A stretch of 64,000 nucleotides of DNA, from the NCBI GenBank assembly GCA_040954595.2, contig CM082580.2, positions 13,752,242 to 13,816,241 of the forward strand, in the 5' to 3' direction. Both the position numbers and the translations under genes were made by a program. This document shows positions 1 through 13,424 of the stretch, piece after piece. Position 1 is the first letter of the stretch, and every line of letters starts with the position of its first letter. The notes under the pieces are model-generated. The model had not been told where the DNA came from, did no database searches, and was given only the letters and a program-made list of their open reading frames with translations. This stretch comes from Balanoglossus misakiensis (Eukaryota > Animalia > Hemichordata).

Positions 1-439
1 ACACCTATTAGGTACTAATTTGACACAAAAGTAATAAAGTTCAGGGGAAAATCAATGCGGATAAAGTGATTCAATACAGTGTGGGGAAAATGCCAGGGAA
101 TTTCACAAGGGAAATCAACATCATGTGGGAACGCTGGCACCTTATAGTTATAGACCACAGTCGGAAGTCAGAACCTGGCTTGTCAATTATTACCACGGAT
201 AAATTCTCTGCAATCACTTATTCACCAGTCAGATATCCCACAACATTGATTTCACATGATCTGACGAAGAATTCCCAGATCTCAGAGAGAGCCAGTTTGG
301 ACAACGCCTTTCCAGGGGGTACCATTGAATGAATACCCTGTAATAGCAACAGTTCAATAACGCCCAGCCGGTGACAATTCCACCCTTTCCGTCCCTAAAG
401 CGAAACTTGAACAGAGAAACAGCTAAAGAACGGTTTTAC

Positions 440-503
440 CTTCTCCCAGATACGGAACAGCGTACTCCTCTAGCGAGAAATCCATGTTAGAATGGGCCAT
501 CAT
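440..503 (-). CDS. Putative alternative first coding exon (MMAHSNMDFSLEEYAVPYLGE-G) of an unidentified minus-strand gene continuing beyond the left edge
   Basis: Start context gccATGATGG at 503. 64 nt open, ending GAAG|gtaaaa (donor 439-438), phase 1. This is the same end phase as exon 2610-2940, so both can join the same downstream exon. Confidence 0.45.
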
Positions 504-2609
504 GGCTTTCTGATTCAAACAAATTCAAGAAAATTTCCGATTTTCACTCTGCCATTGATGTAGAAACAATATGCTTAGGGCTTTTATATGAGGCTGGGTA
601 GAGATAAAATGTTTGCCAGTGTACACCTGTTCCTGGCAACTTTTCTCCCATGGTATGCAAATCACATCAATTCCCATTTCAGGGCCTGCATGGAAAGCTA
701 ATCCCGGATCAATAAACAGGACAACCAGGCCCCGGAACCAGAATACTGACAGAGCTGGAAATAAATTCGGTGAGGGGCTTTATCAATTTCATATTGATTG
801 CCTCAGTGTGGTAAGGTAAGTCGACTGATGAATAGGCTATTTAGGATTTATATATGCATCAGCAAACATTGTCAGCTGGGTTTTTTTGTGAGCCTTCACT
901 TAAATATTCATGAAGGCTTGTTCTAATTGGCCAGTTTCCTTAGTACGCACCAAACATCCCTAGATTTTATTGATTGTGTTTTACTGTGGACTTTGAGTGA
1001 CTGCTCTAAACCTGACATTTCCATTAACCTGTTTATTTCATAGAAGCAATGTCATATTTTAACGAAAAGCAAATATTGAGGTTCACAAAAGAAGTACATT
1101 TTTTGCCATGCTTGGAAAAAAAGTTAATTTTTTTTGGTAATTCAGATATGGTAGGTTTCCCAAAGCAATTGAAGGAAATTCTCTTTGTACAAGTTTTTTT
1201 TTGAAAATAAAGAAGAATATATGTTATTCAATGTTCTATCTGTCCCGCTGTAATTGCATGCATTCTTATCTGTGGGAATGTTCTGAGCCGAGAACAGCTT
1301 GAACTTATTTTAATCAAGATCTCGCCTGTGTAAAGCACAATTTCATATTTACCATGTTCAGCTCATGTCAGCCTCACACTGTAGTTCTATTTCCAATCCC
1401 ACAATGCAGTGCACACTACTCACCCTTAGTACAAGATCACATTCTCATCATCAACACATTACGCATTGCAGATATTGGCAAAATGATGTCTACAAATAGG
1501 TTTTAGAACAAATCTTTAATTTTTTCACCAAAGAACCGTTAATTTGTATAGCCTAGGCAAGCCCTTTTTGCATTTAGTCTATGGCGATTTCCATCAGACA
1601 TTATATTTTTCAAATTTAACCCATTGTTTTCCCCAGAGTGTAACTGGACCTGAATGGTGGAAAATGGGGTGAAAGGGTTAGAGCTAAAGCATACACACAT
1701 CAACTGAACTAGTGGACATCAAGTCTTACTGTCAGCATCGCAACCCTGGCTGACCTACATAGACAAGAAAATCAACAGACAGACACATACACACGCTAGC
1801 ATTGTTCACAGGATAAATTCTGTGTTGACTTTGAGCCTTCCCTGGTCCTTGTCCAGGTCAAAAAATGTGAACAGTTTAGGTTGGGCAGGAGTACGAGTGA
1901 GGATCTCAATAATTTTAAATGTTCAGGTGATATTATTAAACAGCCAAGGTGAATGTGTTTTGTCAATTACAACGTTAGACAGGAAAAAGAACTGATCATC
2001 TGACCCTTCATATTGAGCTTAGCATGAAGAAGACAGTTCTCGGATTTCTGAAGGAAATCTTTCAAAAAATATGGATGATTTACAAGTAGATTGTCACCTC
2101 CATTTTATCCATTCCCCAAAATTCCAAAAGTATCCATTTTTCACTGATTAATGAGTTCTTAAACTGAACAAAATGAATCTTGATATTCTCGGGTGGAGCA
2201 GATATAGATAAATATTTACTCTTCAAAACGGAATGTTTGAACAACTGTATATATTACACCAAACTTGAGTATCCAGTGTGGAAACAAAAAACTGTAGAGG
2301 AACCCACTTGCAATGGAACACACATGATCACTAGCTGTTGATTCTGTAATCAGATCTCTCTAAATAGCCCACAGTGGATACACTACTTGAACTTGACTGA
2401 CATGAACTTGAATGACATATCACAAAGTAAACTCTTTCTGTACTTTTTCAAAGTATCAAGTGATTGTTATCACCTGACATTTGTATACAGTTTGAATTTG
2501 AAAGTTTGGAGGACTATCCTTTTTCTGAAATCTGTCCCTAGGGCCAAGTACTACTACACTTGTACAGAATATACTTTCTGTGAAACACAAAAGCTGTGTC
2601 AACACTTAC

Positions 2610-2940
2610 TGGTGTTGGTTGTCCCTGAAGTGCCAAGTCTGCTGCCAGTGGCTGTTGTCGTGGTGATGTACGATTCTCGACTGTGGTACTCTGAGGTTGA
2701 ATGCCCGTTCAGCGTGGCACTGCCATTGCTGCTGGTCTCGCCACCATTGGACTGGCCATTGGCTGAGCTCTTGTTGGTCATTTCATTCATTTTGGACAAG
2801 TGTGGTGGCCCATTGGTATAGTTGATATTGCTCGACAAGTGGTCAACTGGAAGACTCTGTGAATGACTACTGTTTCTGTGTAATGAATACTGAGTTAGAG
2901 GCACTAGAAGACCATGGTAGTTGTTGGTTTCACTGTCAAC
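2610..2940 (-). CDS. Internal coding exon, Ser/Thr/Asn-rich low-complexity N-terminal region (VDSETNNYHGLLVPLTQY...GTSGTTNT) of an unidentified gene
   Basis: Acceptor tttatttctcttgtag| at 2942-2941 and donor ACCA|gtaagt at 2609-2608. 331 nt open, phase 0 to phase 1. No recognisable domain. Confidence 0.7.
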
Positions 2941-4546
2941 CTACAAGAGAAATAAACAGCATTTGATTATTATAAGTCAATTTTCTGTATTTAACATCAC
3001 ACTGATAGTGATACTATGTAGTAAAGAATGGAAAAGCACTTTCATTATTTCTTAAACCTCTGTGCCAAAAGGAGGATAGTCAACTTTTATAGTAATGGTA
3101 CATAATCTTTGGCATTCTGCAAGTGTTTGCGATGACATCCAGTGGCCTTGCGGGTAGATTTAAACGTTCCGAGTCTGATATCAACCAGGAAAGGAATCTA
3201 AATTGCAGTCTGATAGTGAAGACTGAATGTGTGAACTTGCAGAGTCTGCAGTATTTTATGATCTGATGTCGAACTCTCAATGACTTCAGTTACCAGTCTA
3301 TACATTGAGTTCACAGTGATCAACCTGATGTAGTTGGATTTCTCTCCAAATTTGGTACATCCCCACTGTTTTCAATGGTGTTGGTCGTTAATATATCCTC
3401 CTGGACTTTTTTGGGGGGAGGGGGCTTAAATGAGCTATTACAAGTAACAAGTCATGAGACGTGCTCTGGTGGGTCGTTGTCTACTTTGACAAGCCATTGT
3501 TTGTTTCCAAAGGCTTTGACTCTGATGGGTTAAGGAGCTTTCCTTGGCTAGCTCCTGAAACTTTTTTTTTGCAGCTTCATGGTTGACTGAAGACTGGAAT
3601 TCTCTGAGGCCATTCGGATTATGTATCATCGTTTGCCTGAGCCCGAACAATGACCTGCCAGCAATTTTTCAAAACCACTCATTCTTTCATTCATTTTTTT
3701 CACCACATGACCAATTCATCTTAACCAATAAATGTAGAGAATAAGAAAGATTTTGGAAGAAAATGCCAAACAGTGATAACAGATAACAGGGATAGAAGAA
3801 AACCCTGAGATGTGCTTAAGAGTCTTCTATTCATATTTTTCCCTGTCGCTCAGAAACACTACAATCAGATTAGCTTGTAGTATTACTGTTTCAAAAAAAT
3901 TTCCAAACAGATTAAGAGGCTCTGGTCAGCCAGACCGACAATGGACGAGACAGTGGCCTGTGAGTGGAATGCTTTCTGTGTGCACACTGCAAACAATGAC
4001 ACAGGAATGACTTGTGTCAAAAACCTGTTGATGATGATGCCTCCCCTAACATGCTATAATCAGCAAGACAATGGATTCATCAATACTTCATTAGCCAAAC
4101 TATCAGACTACACTGTTCACCAAGGGTCTGCTAATCCTGTCTTGCAAGTAGAAGTAGGTGACAATTGTTCAGAACACCATGGGTGATATTTCGATACAGG
4201 TTGACACATTTTTCATGGGGACGAAGTCACCAATCTGGTTAAGTTTTTTTGTGTGTGTGAATATTTTCATTTTCTGTGAAAAGTTGCACTTCTGCTTATT
4301 GCAAAATGAGCTACCATCAATCACCATAAAGTCACTCTTACCCTGGTAAAGCATAGAAAGACCCCAGTGACTGAGTGTACATGACACAATTGATGGTAAC
4401 TACCAGTAATTATGTCATCAAAGTCCATGTGTCTACATCTCATGCCTATACACAGGGTGACAGGGGAGCTACGACCCACATCAATAACTTCTCATACCAA
4501 ACAAAAATAACCAAAGTGACGTCAAAATGTAGCCACTATACCCTTC

Positions 4547-4627
4547 TTAACCCCTTCACCCCCTGACTCCATCTGTAGACACCCAACTTAACCTCAGAAA
4601 ATGGATTTGGACCAAACCATGATGGTC
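4547..4627. mobile_element. Decayed copy of the short piggyBac-like MITE at 50212
   Basis: ttaaccccttcacccc...ccaac.tta...aatggatttggaccaaaccatgatggt aligns by eye to 50212-50293. Confidence 0.5.
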
Positions 4628-6661
4628 ACCCTTTTACAAATGTACTATACCTCAGTTACAAATGTAGTATTAGTAAGTTCCTATTTACATACAATACAAG
4701 TTCTTGTTGAAACGTCCAGTAGTCAGTCTGTTGATACTGCCCAAAAAAAGAGTTTGGAATATAAACCAGCACTGATATTTGACTTTAAATTGTCCACAAT
4801 ACCAATCCACTTTACACATACCTGCAATGTTGACAAGCTGATTACTGGGCAATCAACATGCTCAATAGAGTAGAAGAAAAAAATGAAGAGTTAGGAAGAG
4901 AGGGTACCTTCCCTTTGAGGTTGGCACATCTAATTTGATCAGGTCATAAGTTACACAAATTAACAATATCCAGCAAACGCTAAGTATATCCATTCCATAT
5001 AAATTATCCATAAATTCAGGTGTGTACGTGCATAAACGCATGGTGTACGTTACACAGAAAACTTTATCCGAACACAAACAGAACCGACTGTAATGTGCTA
5101 CAAGGTTTGACAAGCCTTGATAAATTACAGAAGTTTTTCAACTGGACCTTTCTGAAGATAAAGATGCCATGACCTGCGTGTCTGTTTATGTTCCAGCATT
5201 GGGTTTTGTTTTCTTTGAGAATTTCATGTCAGAATATAGTTGGGGTTAAAAGATAATTTGGAGGCATCATACTGCAACGACCAGGGCTGAGGTACCGCAG
5301 TCACTATCAGAGAACAATGAAAGATCTGAGCAAGTCTCGCTGTTGTGCCAGTAACCAAGGCATATGAATACAACCACACCAACAAACAGATTGGACTTAG
5401 CAATTTTAAGTTTTACTCCCAACTCCACTGTCTAAGGGTTTTAATTTACATGCGTGCTTGCTGAACAAACTGTTTAGGGTTAAATGGCTTGGTCACTGTA
5501 CTTTTTGAAGAGGAACTTTACCAGTCTTGTCGCCACTTCACATCTTTGCTATGAAGGGAAGCGTGACAACCAAGCCCAGTTCATCTTGTGGTCAGACTAA
5601 TCCGTGAAGTTTCACAAGCCCACACGGACGGACAAGTGACTCACACTGCAATGCATGTATGTGAGAAAGGAAACATGGGACACTGATAATCCATTAATGC
5701 AAGGTATTTGCACTGTAGTTCAAAAATAATGAAAGATCACATTGTCATAAAGTTCTTCCCCAAAAATATTATTCCACAACAACAACATTGAGCCGTCTTC
5801 ACTTGACCCATCCGGAAATCGTTACATTAACCAAACTGGACACCAACAACAAAAACACAAAGGAACTTACAAGTATTTTTTAAATGCTGAGGACAACGAT
5901 AAGGAAAATCAGATATATAAAAAATCCCCCTTGTCAAATACAGGAAATAAAAAAAATATAAACTTTCAGGAAAAATTAAATCGAAATGTACAACAGAATC
6001 CTTTTAAAGAAAATTAACTTATATGTTCATCTGCTCAGTGTGTGGTTAGTACAAAAACTATTAATTATCTACAAAAGATAAGTTTAATCTTGCTGTGAAT
6101 TGCTCTATTCATCACTTTTTATCACTACAAAATATTTCAACAGGGGCGAGAAGTTTGGTGCAGGTGGACTGGTACTTCTTTGTGTTGATTCTGTTAGTGT
6201 AATAAATTATCATAACTTAGAGGTGCTTAATAAGAACGCTATCAGATAGAGTCTACCACTTAAAATTTCTGATGAAACCACTGAAAATACAACACACAAT
6301 TTCACAAATTAAAAAAGGCAACTTAATTTTCATTTCAACAAGATCAGAGGGCAACAAGAATCTTATTTGAGGAGTTTTCTGAAATCTAATATTTGGGTTT
6401 ACTGTAATTTGAGTTCTGTTATATTCTTTGTAAGCCCCCATTATTATGTGTGCCGGCGCGAGTGTGTCAACTTTCCACGAACAAAGGATCTCTCGCTACC
6501 CCCAATAACACCAGCTTCAGAAACCTACCAGCAATCCACGCAATGGTGGAGAATATATTTTTCGAGATAATATTTTATCGAATATTTACTGACCAGCATT
6601 GATTGATTCTAAAAATTACTAGTACGCAACTAAATAAAGTCTGGATCTAAATTGAATTTAC

Positions 6662-6691
6662 CTGTGTGTAGCGCCTCGCTAATTCGTTCAT
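6662..6691 (-). CDS. Putative alternative first coding exon (MNELARRYTQ) of the left minus-strand gene
   Basis: acaATG at 6691, 10 codons, donor CAG|gtaaat in phase 0, in frame with exon 2940. Lies in CpG-rich sequence. Confidence 0.55.
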
Positions 6692-8168
6692 TGTTTATAC
6701 GGAACTCGTAGCACAGCAGAGTGTACAGTCAGCGGTCTTCGCCGGTTGATTTTCACAACTTGCTCAACTTCAAGAAATGGTCACCGTCCGACATTCGATA
6801 ATTTTTTAGACGAGAGAATGGAGGCAGGCATAAAATTCTAACGCACTGATTTGGATATTACAATTCGCGTGAGAATTAGGACTTTTCTAATAATAGTGAC
6901 GAAAAAGGAAACGTGCAACGAGTTGTTCCACCGTCGTGTCACATACAAAGAAGCGTGGGAAAATTGCATATGTGTTTTCACAGGCCGACGCTGTTCTGCT
7001 TAGCACACTCACTCCCGCTTAGCATTGTTTGAACATTAGCTTGTGATAGAGAGATCTGGGCCATTTCACACGCTACTTTGATGAAAATAAACTTTTTCTT
7101 TTTCGGATACACGTTTAAATTCTACGGGCACACCAACAATAACAATTTGAGTCTAAAGGACACAACTGGGTCACACGGGTATTACGTTACCAAATTACTG
7201 GGGAGCCAAACGCGTTATGTGGAACAGCCATTTTACAGACGCTAGGGAGAAATGTACATGGGAAAATCTGACGGGTTTACCGGATTTTATTATTTTCGGT
7301 TATGGGGGTGGCAGGCTGGCCATTTACCCACACAAATAAATACAATTGTAAGTCATTCGACACATAACGTTAATTACCCGACTTTTGATGGCTTTAATAA
7401 AACTTAAGGTTGTGATAATTTTATTCAAATAACTACCACGCCTCGATAGTACAGATGCATAAAAATATTAAAATGTTGTGACGCTCCCCAAACTTTGGTT
7501 AGATAAACATTCACCCCGTGTTTGCGCATAAAACTGGGTCAAACCATGCGTTTGAAACAAACATTGTACAATGTTGTATCCAACTGGCAACAGGGCGCGT
7601 TTACCTTTAATTTTTGCAAGTAAATAAGTTCATTTCTTCGCAATGTCACGCTGCCCTGAGCGCTGGGTTTGACATTCAGAAATAGTTGCAGAATATACAT
7701 GAGAATTAGTAGTGGCAGCTTGCCTTCGCCACACAAATCGCGTGAAGCTCGACACCTATGCTTGCACATGTAAGCATGACCTAGTAGTAGTCATGAATAT
7801 TATAGGTGTTCCCAATGACACAATGAAAAGCAAGCATATTTGAATGACGCGACATGGTTGTACTGTGTTTTACTTACGCTGCAGCAAGCTTCGTCGAACC
7901 TGGTAGACAGTGCCTCCCCTAAGACGTTCCTGGTGGCTTGTTTTTAACGATCGTAAACCCCCGCACCACTTTCTGAACAATTGTCCGACACTATCTGGCG
8001 TTTAAAGTTACTGAACTTCGGTTCCGTCGACCTCGATATGTTGCGTAAAACTTTTAAAATGAGTGCCCAGCTGAATCCGTCGGATCACCAGAAAATGAGC
8101 CCAACATTCACTCGAACACCACTGATTCGCTCAAGATCCCCAAACGCGTCAAGGCACAAACAAGTTAC

Positions 8169-8180
8169 CTGAACAGTCAT
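8169..8180 (-). CDS. Putative alternative first coding exon (MTVQ) of the left minus-strand gene
   Basis: ATG ACT GTT CAG|gtaact, phase 0, in frame with exon 2940. CpG-rich leader at ~8181-8340, head-to-head with MINDY. Confidence 0.4.
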
Positions 8181-8339
8181 TTGAGTGCCCTGATCCTAAG
8201 GCACTCCTCGGGTCCGCGATCGAGACGGTGCGGCGTATAAAACCGCAAATGCGTTTGATATTCCTGCAACAACGTCAAAAGAAGAAACACAACAAAGTTT
8301 GCAACAAAGATTCTCAAGACAGATTCAAAATGGTAGAAA

Positions 8340-8776
8340 TACCTACTGAATACGCATGCGTAAATTTAAGTGTTTGGGGTTGTTCAATTTCATTCAGCAG
8401 CAAAGACTGGGGGCGGAAACTGACATCTCATAAATGTAATTCAAAACAAGCACATTTCCCCGTAAAATTTATTCTCAATTATGATATAAAACTGATATTT
8501 ATGTTGTTTTGTTATATTTGTATTACTCAGTAATTTTAAACAAGTAGACTTACCCTTTATAATATATGATCTCCCATACATCTATGTGATGCCGTACCTC
8601 TGAAATTTAGTTGAATCCACATGATGTCATCACAATATGGCGATCGAAAAAGCCTTCTGTGTTTTGATCATCTAACCAGAAAGGATTGAGTTAGCTGTAA
8701 TTTCATAAAGACGGTACCAATTAGGGATAAGGAAAGGAAAAGATATTGCATAGTATCGGGGACCTAATTTTGTGCA
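8340..8776. promoter_or_regulatory. Putative bidirectional promoter between the left minus-strand gene and MINDY
   Basis: Divergent first exons about 600 bp apart. GC box GGGGGCGG at ~8409-8416 and YY1-like AATATGGCG at 8634-8642, inside a CpG-retaining zone (~6400-9130). Confidence 0.5.
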
Positions 8777-11700
8777 ATGTCTGTACCATCCACATCGGCT
8801 ATGTCACATTCGGTTGACGGAGATGGGACTGGTTCGCAAACTGAAGTCAAGCCAGAAGAATCAGGAAGCCGTTCTCCTGAAGCCGACAAAAGCGATGTCA
8901 ACGCACAACAATCGCTGAACGAAAAGTCAAGTCCCGAAGACGAAGAAATACAATCGGACGGTGCAATGGATACTAGTAGCGAGGTAGAAAAATTCGACAT
9001 TCGCGGCAGCCTCCAACTTGTAGAAGATGACGCGAGCGCCGACGAAAACCAAACAAGTCCCAGTGAGGATCTTACGCCCAGAGATAAACAAGAGGTAAAC
9101 GAAGATTGTGCTCCAAAACTTGGGCAAACCGGTGAGTAATACCAATCGCTTGAGACAACAAGAGTTATTATGAATCCACGATTAACAAAATGAAGATTAT
9201 CTACCCCATGATACTTACAATGATTCACACCCACCATGTACCCAACCACCCACCCACCCACCCATCCATCCATCCAACTACCTACCCCCCCCCCCCCCCC
9301 CCCACCACCACCACACAGTAATCCAACTGACAAGGAGTTGTTGAACTATAGAATAATTTTTTCCTCAACTAGATCCAGCTCCAGCAAGTGCTGAAGTGAA
9401 GGGCCCTTCTCCGAAAGAATCAAGAAACGAGGAATCCGGTCAAAAAAGTGAAGCCTTGGAAGCCAGTGGTGGGACATCTCAGTCTGTCTATCATATAAAA
9501 TGGATCAAATTCAAGGGACGAAATATGCCAATAGTCACACAAAACGAGAATGGACCATGTCCTCTTATTGCAATAATAAATGTTTTAATCTTAAAAGGAC
9601 AAATAGTTTTACCAGAAATGGTGGAAATCGTCACATCAGGACAACTTATGGAATATCTTGGAGACTGTATGTTAGCACAAACACCAAAAGTGAGTACAGA
9701 CATTTTGCCCAAGTTAGTCATTATTGAATAGCATGAACCATTAATCCTGCACATACATTGTAAGTTTCGCATACCATCAATCCAAGAGGCGAGATCCCAT
9801 AAGATACATGACATGCAAAGACCAGACAGACAGCTCACAGTTCAATTCATTTGATGGTCGTTTATTCTTTCAGAACATATCAGAAGCTGCCCAGCTGAAT
9901 TATGAGCAGAATATGCATGATGCAATGGCTGTGTTTCATAAACTTCAAACTGGATTAGATGTCAATGTCAAATTCACAGGGTAAGCATGTCTGCTCAGAT
10001 AGCACGTGGATTTGATATGCGTTTTGCTACACACTTTATGAAACAGGAAGTGACAATTATTTTACATCAGGATCTGCAGTCATGTACATGTATAATTTTG
10101 CAATGTGAAAAACACCTTGGATGTAATGGGGGAGAACACAATTAAAATTCCTCACAAGACAAAAATATTTGTAACCAATTGCCCAGCAAGTGAGCTGGAC
10201 TACTGCTGATTCAGTTTTCAGTTTAATACATGTATCTAAATATGTTTCCTCCGCCAACATCACAATTATCATCTCTTGTAATGACGTTAAAATTATGAAA
10301 TGAAATTCACTGCAAAGAGATATTTTTATTTTTGCTCATCTGAATTTCTCACATGCCTATAAAACCAATAATTCAAAACACTCCTAATTAGGGTTATTTT
10401 GGAGCTTTATCTCAATTTCTCCCCTCAAATATTAACTAGTCTTGCATAATCCATGGCCAGCTTGATGCAAGATCTAGAGAAAAAAAAATCTTTGGGGTTA
10501 GAAGATGAGTGGCCTTGAGGTCTTTTTTGCTGTCATTTAGAAAACGTCAGTTGCCCCAAGGCAGGCTGTCTCTCATAAAAGGCATGGCATGCTAGACGGA
10601 GAATAAAGAATGCTGGCTAAGAACACTTACCACTGGCGAACATGTATAGTTTGTCTAGACACTCCGCTCGGTGCAATTAGTGAATTTCTGATCAGGTGGA
10701 GTTTAGCTGATGAGTGGTTAATGGCCAGGTCTGAAGTCTCTGTGTTTGTCATCTACATTAAGGTAACATGCGTCTGGGGACAGCTTTTCAGAAAGATGAC
10801 ATCCCTCCAAACCTTTCCATTTTTTTGCTTAGAGTGCATGAGAAGTAGTGTGCACCTCGAAAATCATGCTACCTAAAACCCCTAGCTGCAAAATTTAATA
10901 TTTAAAAAAGTCACAAAAGATGTTCATTGCTGGTATTACATTACAGAAGAATCCCAATAACATATTTACTGAAGAGATTGAGAATGGCTATGTCAAAAGA
11001 GAAGGAGTGGCTGGTGAACTCCCCACAACAAGTTCAACAACCTGGCCAAGAATTCCGTTCTATTTACACTCGTGAAACAAAATCTTACTCTCCTAGCCAG
11101 AGTCGAAAATGAGTTGATTCACTATGTTGTGTTTCTCCAATAAAGTGAAGTCAACCATGATTAAGCAGGTCATATATTTTCACTTGGAAATGTCAGCAAA
11201 CAAAAGAAAGCTCCCATATAAAGTTGATTTTAGTTACTTGCGGACACGTGACGTACCCACTTCTACAATCACGTCTTTGTCTTTTTTTTGGTGTGGTTTC
11301 AGGGTTTCCGAATTTGAATACACTCCAGAACTTATAGTCTTTGATTTGTTGAATATCGGACTGTACCATGGTTGGCTGGTGGACCCCCAGAACCTGGAGA
11401 CGGTGACTGCCATAGATAACTGCAGTTACAATCAACTTGTAGAGAAGATTATTGCCAGTAAATGTGCCAAAGAAGATGGCAAGATACATGAAGGTGAAAA
11501 GGAAATCAAATTTTTGTCGTTTGCAAGTGGGAGTATGGACTGTTTCAGTGGTTTATAGTATATAGTTCTCTACAAATAAGATTTCTCAATGGCATGCTGT
11601 AGGTGTGACATTTTACTGACTCCACTGCCTCTGAATCTTTCAGGACTAGTTGCAGAGTCATTTCTGGAGCACTCAGCTTCCCAGTTGACTTACCACGGTC

Positions 11701-13424
11701 TGTGTGAACTCAACTTGACTGTCAAAGAAGAACAGCTATGCGTGTTCTTCAGAAACAATCATTTTAGTACCATATACAAGAACAAGGTGAGAAAGAGCTT
11801 GGAGTTTGGACTATAATTTCAGGCATGAAAGGGTTCAAGTAACAGTAACAGTGGGGTTCTCTTTCAGGATTGGAAGTAAATTCAATGATTTTTTTCCCCT
11901 CCGACACACAGGACGAGCTCTTCCTGCTGGTGACTGACCAAGGTTTCCTGACCGAGAACGGCATGGTGTGGGAAACGCTGGCCAACACAGAGGGAGACAG
12001 CTACTTTGTGGATGGAGACTTTCACACAACCCCACCTTCAGATACTATACCACCAGTGAAGGACCTCACTACTGAACAACAGATCAACCAAGAGTGAGTG
12101 TGATCATGTGATGGTCATGTGACTACCATGTGACTTGACATGACATCTGTGGCTAATGTGGGGGGGGGGGGGTGGAATCTGAATGGTTTGATACACGTAC
12201 TACAAGATATCTCTGTCTATCACTTGCAGTTACCTTGTTGCACTGTCCTTGCAAGAAGAGCAGCCACCAGCAGCAGCCGAGGCTGAAATGGTTGCCGTGG
12301 CACCCAGCCAAGCGGGTCCACCACCACCTCCACTGGATGCTTCTCTGTCAGAGTGAGTCTCTCCAAAATCACATTTGTCATCCATCTTGCTTGGTCACTG
12401 AAGGAGTTAGTGTGACCAGTAGACACAAGGGTCATCTCTCCTCATGTATACCGAGTGATGAGGACTCTCCTTCTCCTCTCAAAGACTCTAAGTGATAATG
12501 TACCAACTTATCTTAGTGTTTAACCTAGATAATCACTGTTACTTTAGTAGATGTATAATAAGTTTTATTCACATTTGTGTGACCAGAAAACTCCAATTAA
12601 AGAATATGTTCACAAACGCACTTCTAGTTTCATAACTGTTATATTGGTAAAGGATTTAAGTTCAAATTACTAGGATCACAAAAAACGTGGCTTCACAATA
12701 AAAAAGAAGCATTTCTATTTGGAAGTCGAGTTACATTGAAGGCACCCACAGTATCCATCATCTGTGACAGTAAGTGAAGCTAACTTCAAAAGAAAGGACA
12801 TGAAACCAAACTTATCGGTCAGGTTAGGTAGACACTAGGACAGCAGACATTTTTTGCCCATTATCTTACAAGAGAAAGGTAAGCTAGCAAAATATCAGTA
12901 TAAATATGTATCCAAATACAGTAGATTGTTAAAAATCAGCCATGCATTTTAGCTGCCAAGGAAATAAAGAATGTCTTTTGAAGTCAGTGTTTAAATTCCA
13001 TATTTTAGTTAACATCAGAAAAGTTTAGTTTCTTAACATTGCACATTTATGAGCCCGAATTTATTCCGAAGTTTTTTGCCTCTTTTGCAGTCATGATCTA
13101 GCAATGCAACTTCAAGAGGAAGAAAACCTGAGAGCAGCACAAGCACAGCAAGCTGCAGCTTGGCAACAACAACAACAACAGCAGCAACCACAACCCGTGC
13201 AGCAACAACAACAACAACAGTATCCGCAACCAAGACAACGTCGACAACCCGTACCACAGCCTCAAGAGCAGTCTCATAATGTAATTATAAAGAGACTTTG
13301 ATTTCAATAAAGACACGTTTCCAGATAAGACACTTTGGGATGTTCTTGAACTGATAAAATGCCACTTTTCTAAAATCTCATTAATCTTTCATTTCAGGAC
13401 AAAGGCAACTGCACTCTGCTATGA
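8777..13424 (+). CDS. MINDY1: MINDY-1/2 family (FAM63A/B) K48-selective deubiquitinase, 9 coding exons, 544 aa
   Basis: Exons 8777-9131, 9373-9689, 9874-9980, 11303-11493, 11644-11786, 11912-12093, 12230-12352, 13091-13280 and 13398-13424. All introns are GT-AG and phases are consistent (1635 nt). Motifs: YHIKWIKF, TQNENGPCPLIAIINVL (catalytic Cys), TGLDVNVKFTGVSEFEYTPE, LYHGWLVDPQ, SASQLTYHGL, FFRNNHFST (catalytic His), LLVTDQGF, two MIU motifs (DYLVALSLQEE, DHDLAMQLQEEE) and C-terminal CTLL. Probably the single pro-ortholog of vertebrate MINDY1/MINDY2. Confidence 0.95.
9241..9316. repeat. (CCCA)n/(CCAT)n microsatellite plus a C19 homopolymer in MINDY intron 1
   Basis: Directly visible; the C run is 9285-9303. 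Confidence 0.85.
13140..13271 (+). repeat. CAA/CAG polyglutamine-coding repeat in MINDY exon 8
   Basis: Encodes QAQQAAAWQQQQQQQQPQPVQQQQQQQYPQPRQRRQPVPQPQEQ. Confidence 0.85.

Noticed and set aside
2599-2609. Apparent stop codon ending ORF 2599-2904 (..TSKC*)
   Set aside because: A GTAAGT donor at 2609 precedes it, so this is better read as an internal exon running into the intron.
3438-3654. Minus-strand ORF preceded by a plausible acceptor (ggcag| at 3655)
   Set aside because: Joined in phase 0 to the candidate first exons it stops after 11 codons. The longer frame needs a phase-2 donor that I could not find, and there is no homology.
8764-9333. 189-aa minus-strand ORF with poly-Gly
   Set aside because: Antisense shadow of MINDY exon 1 plus the C-rich microsatellite.
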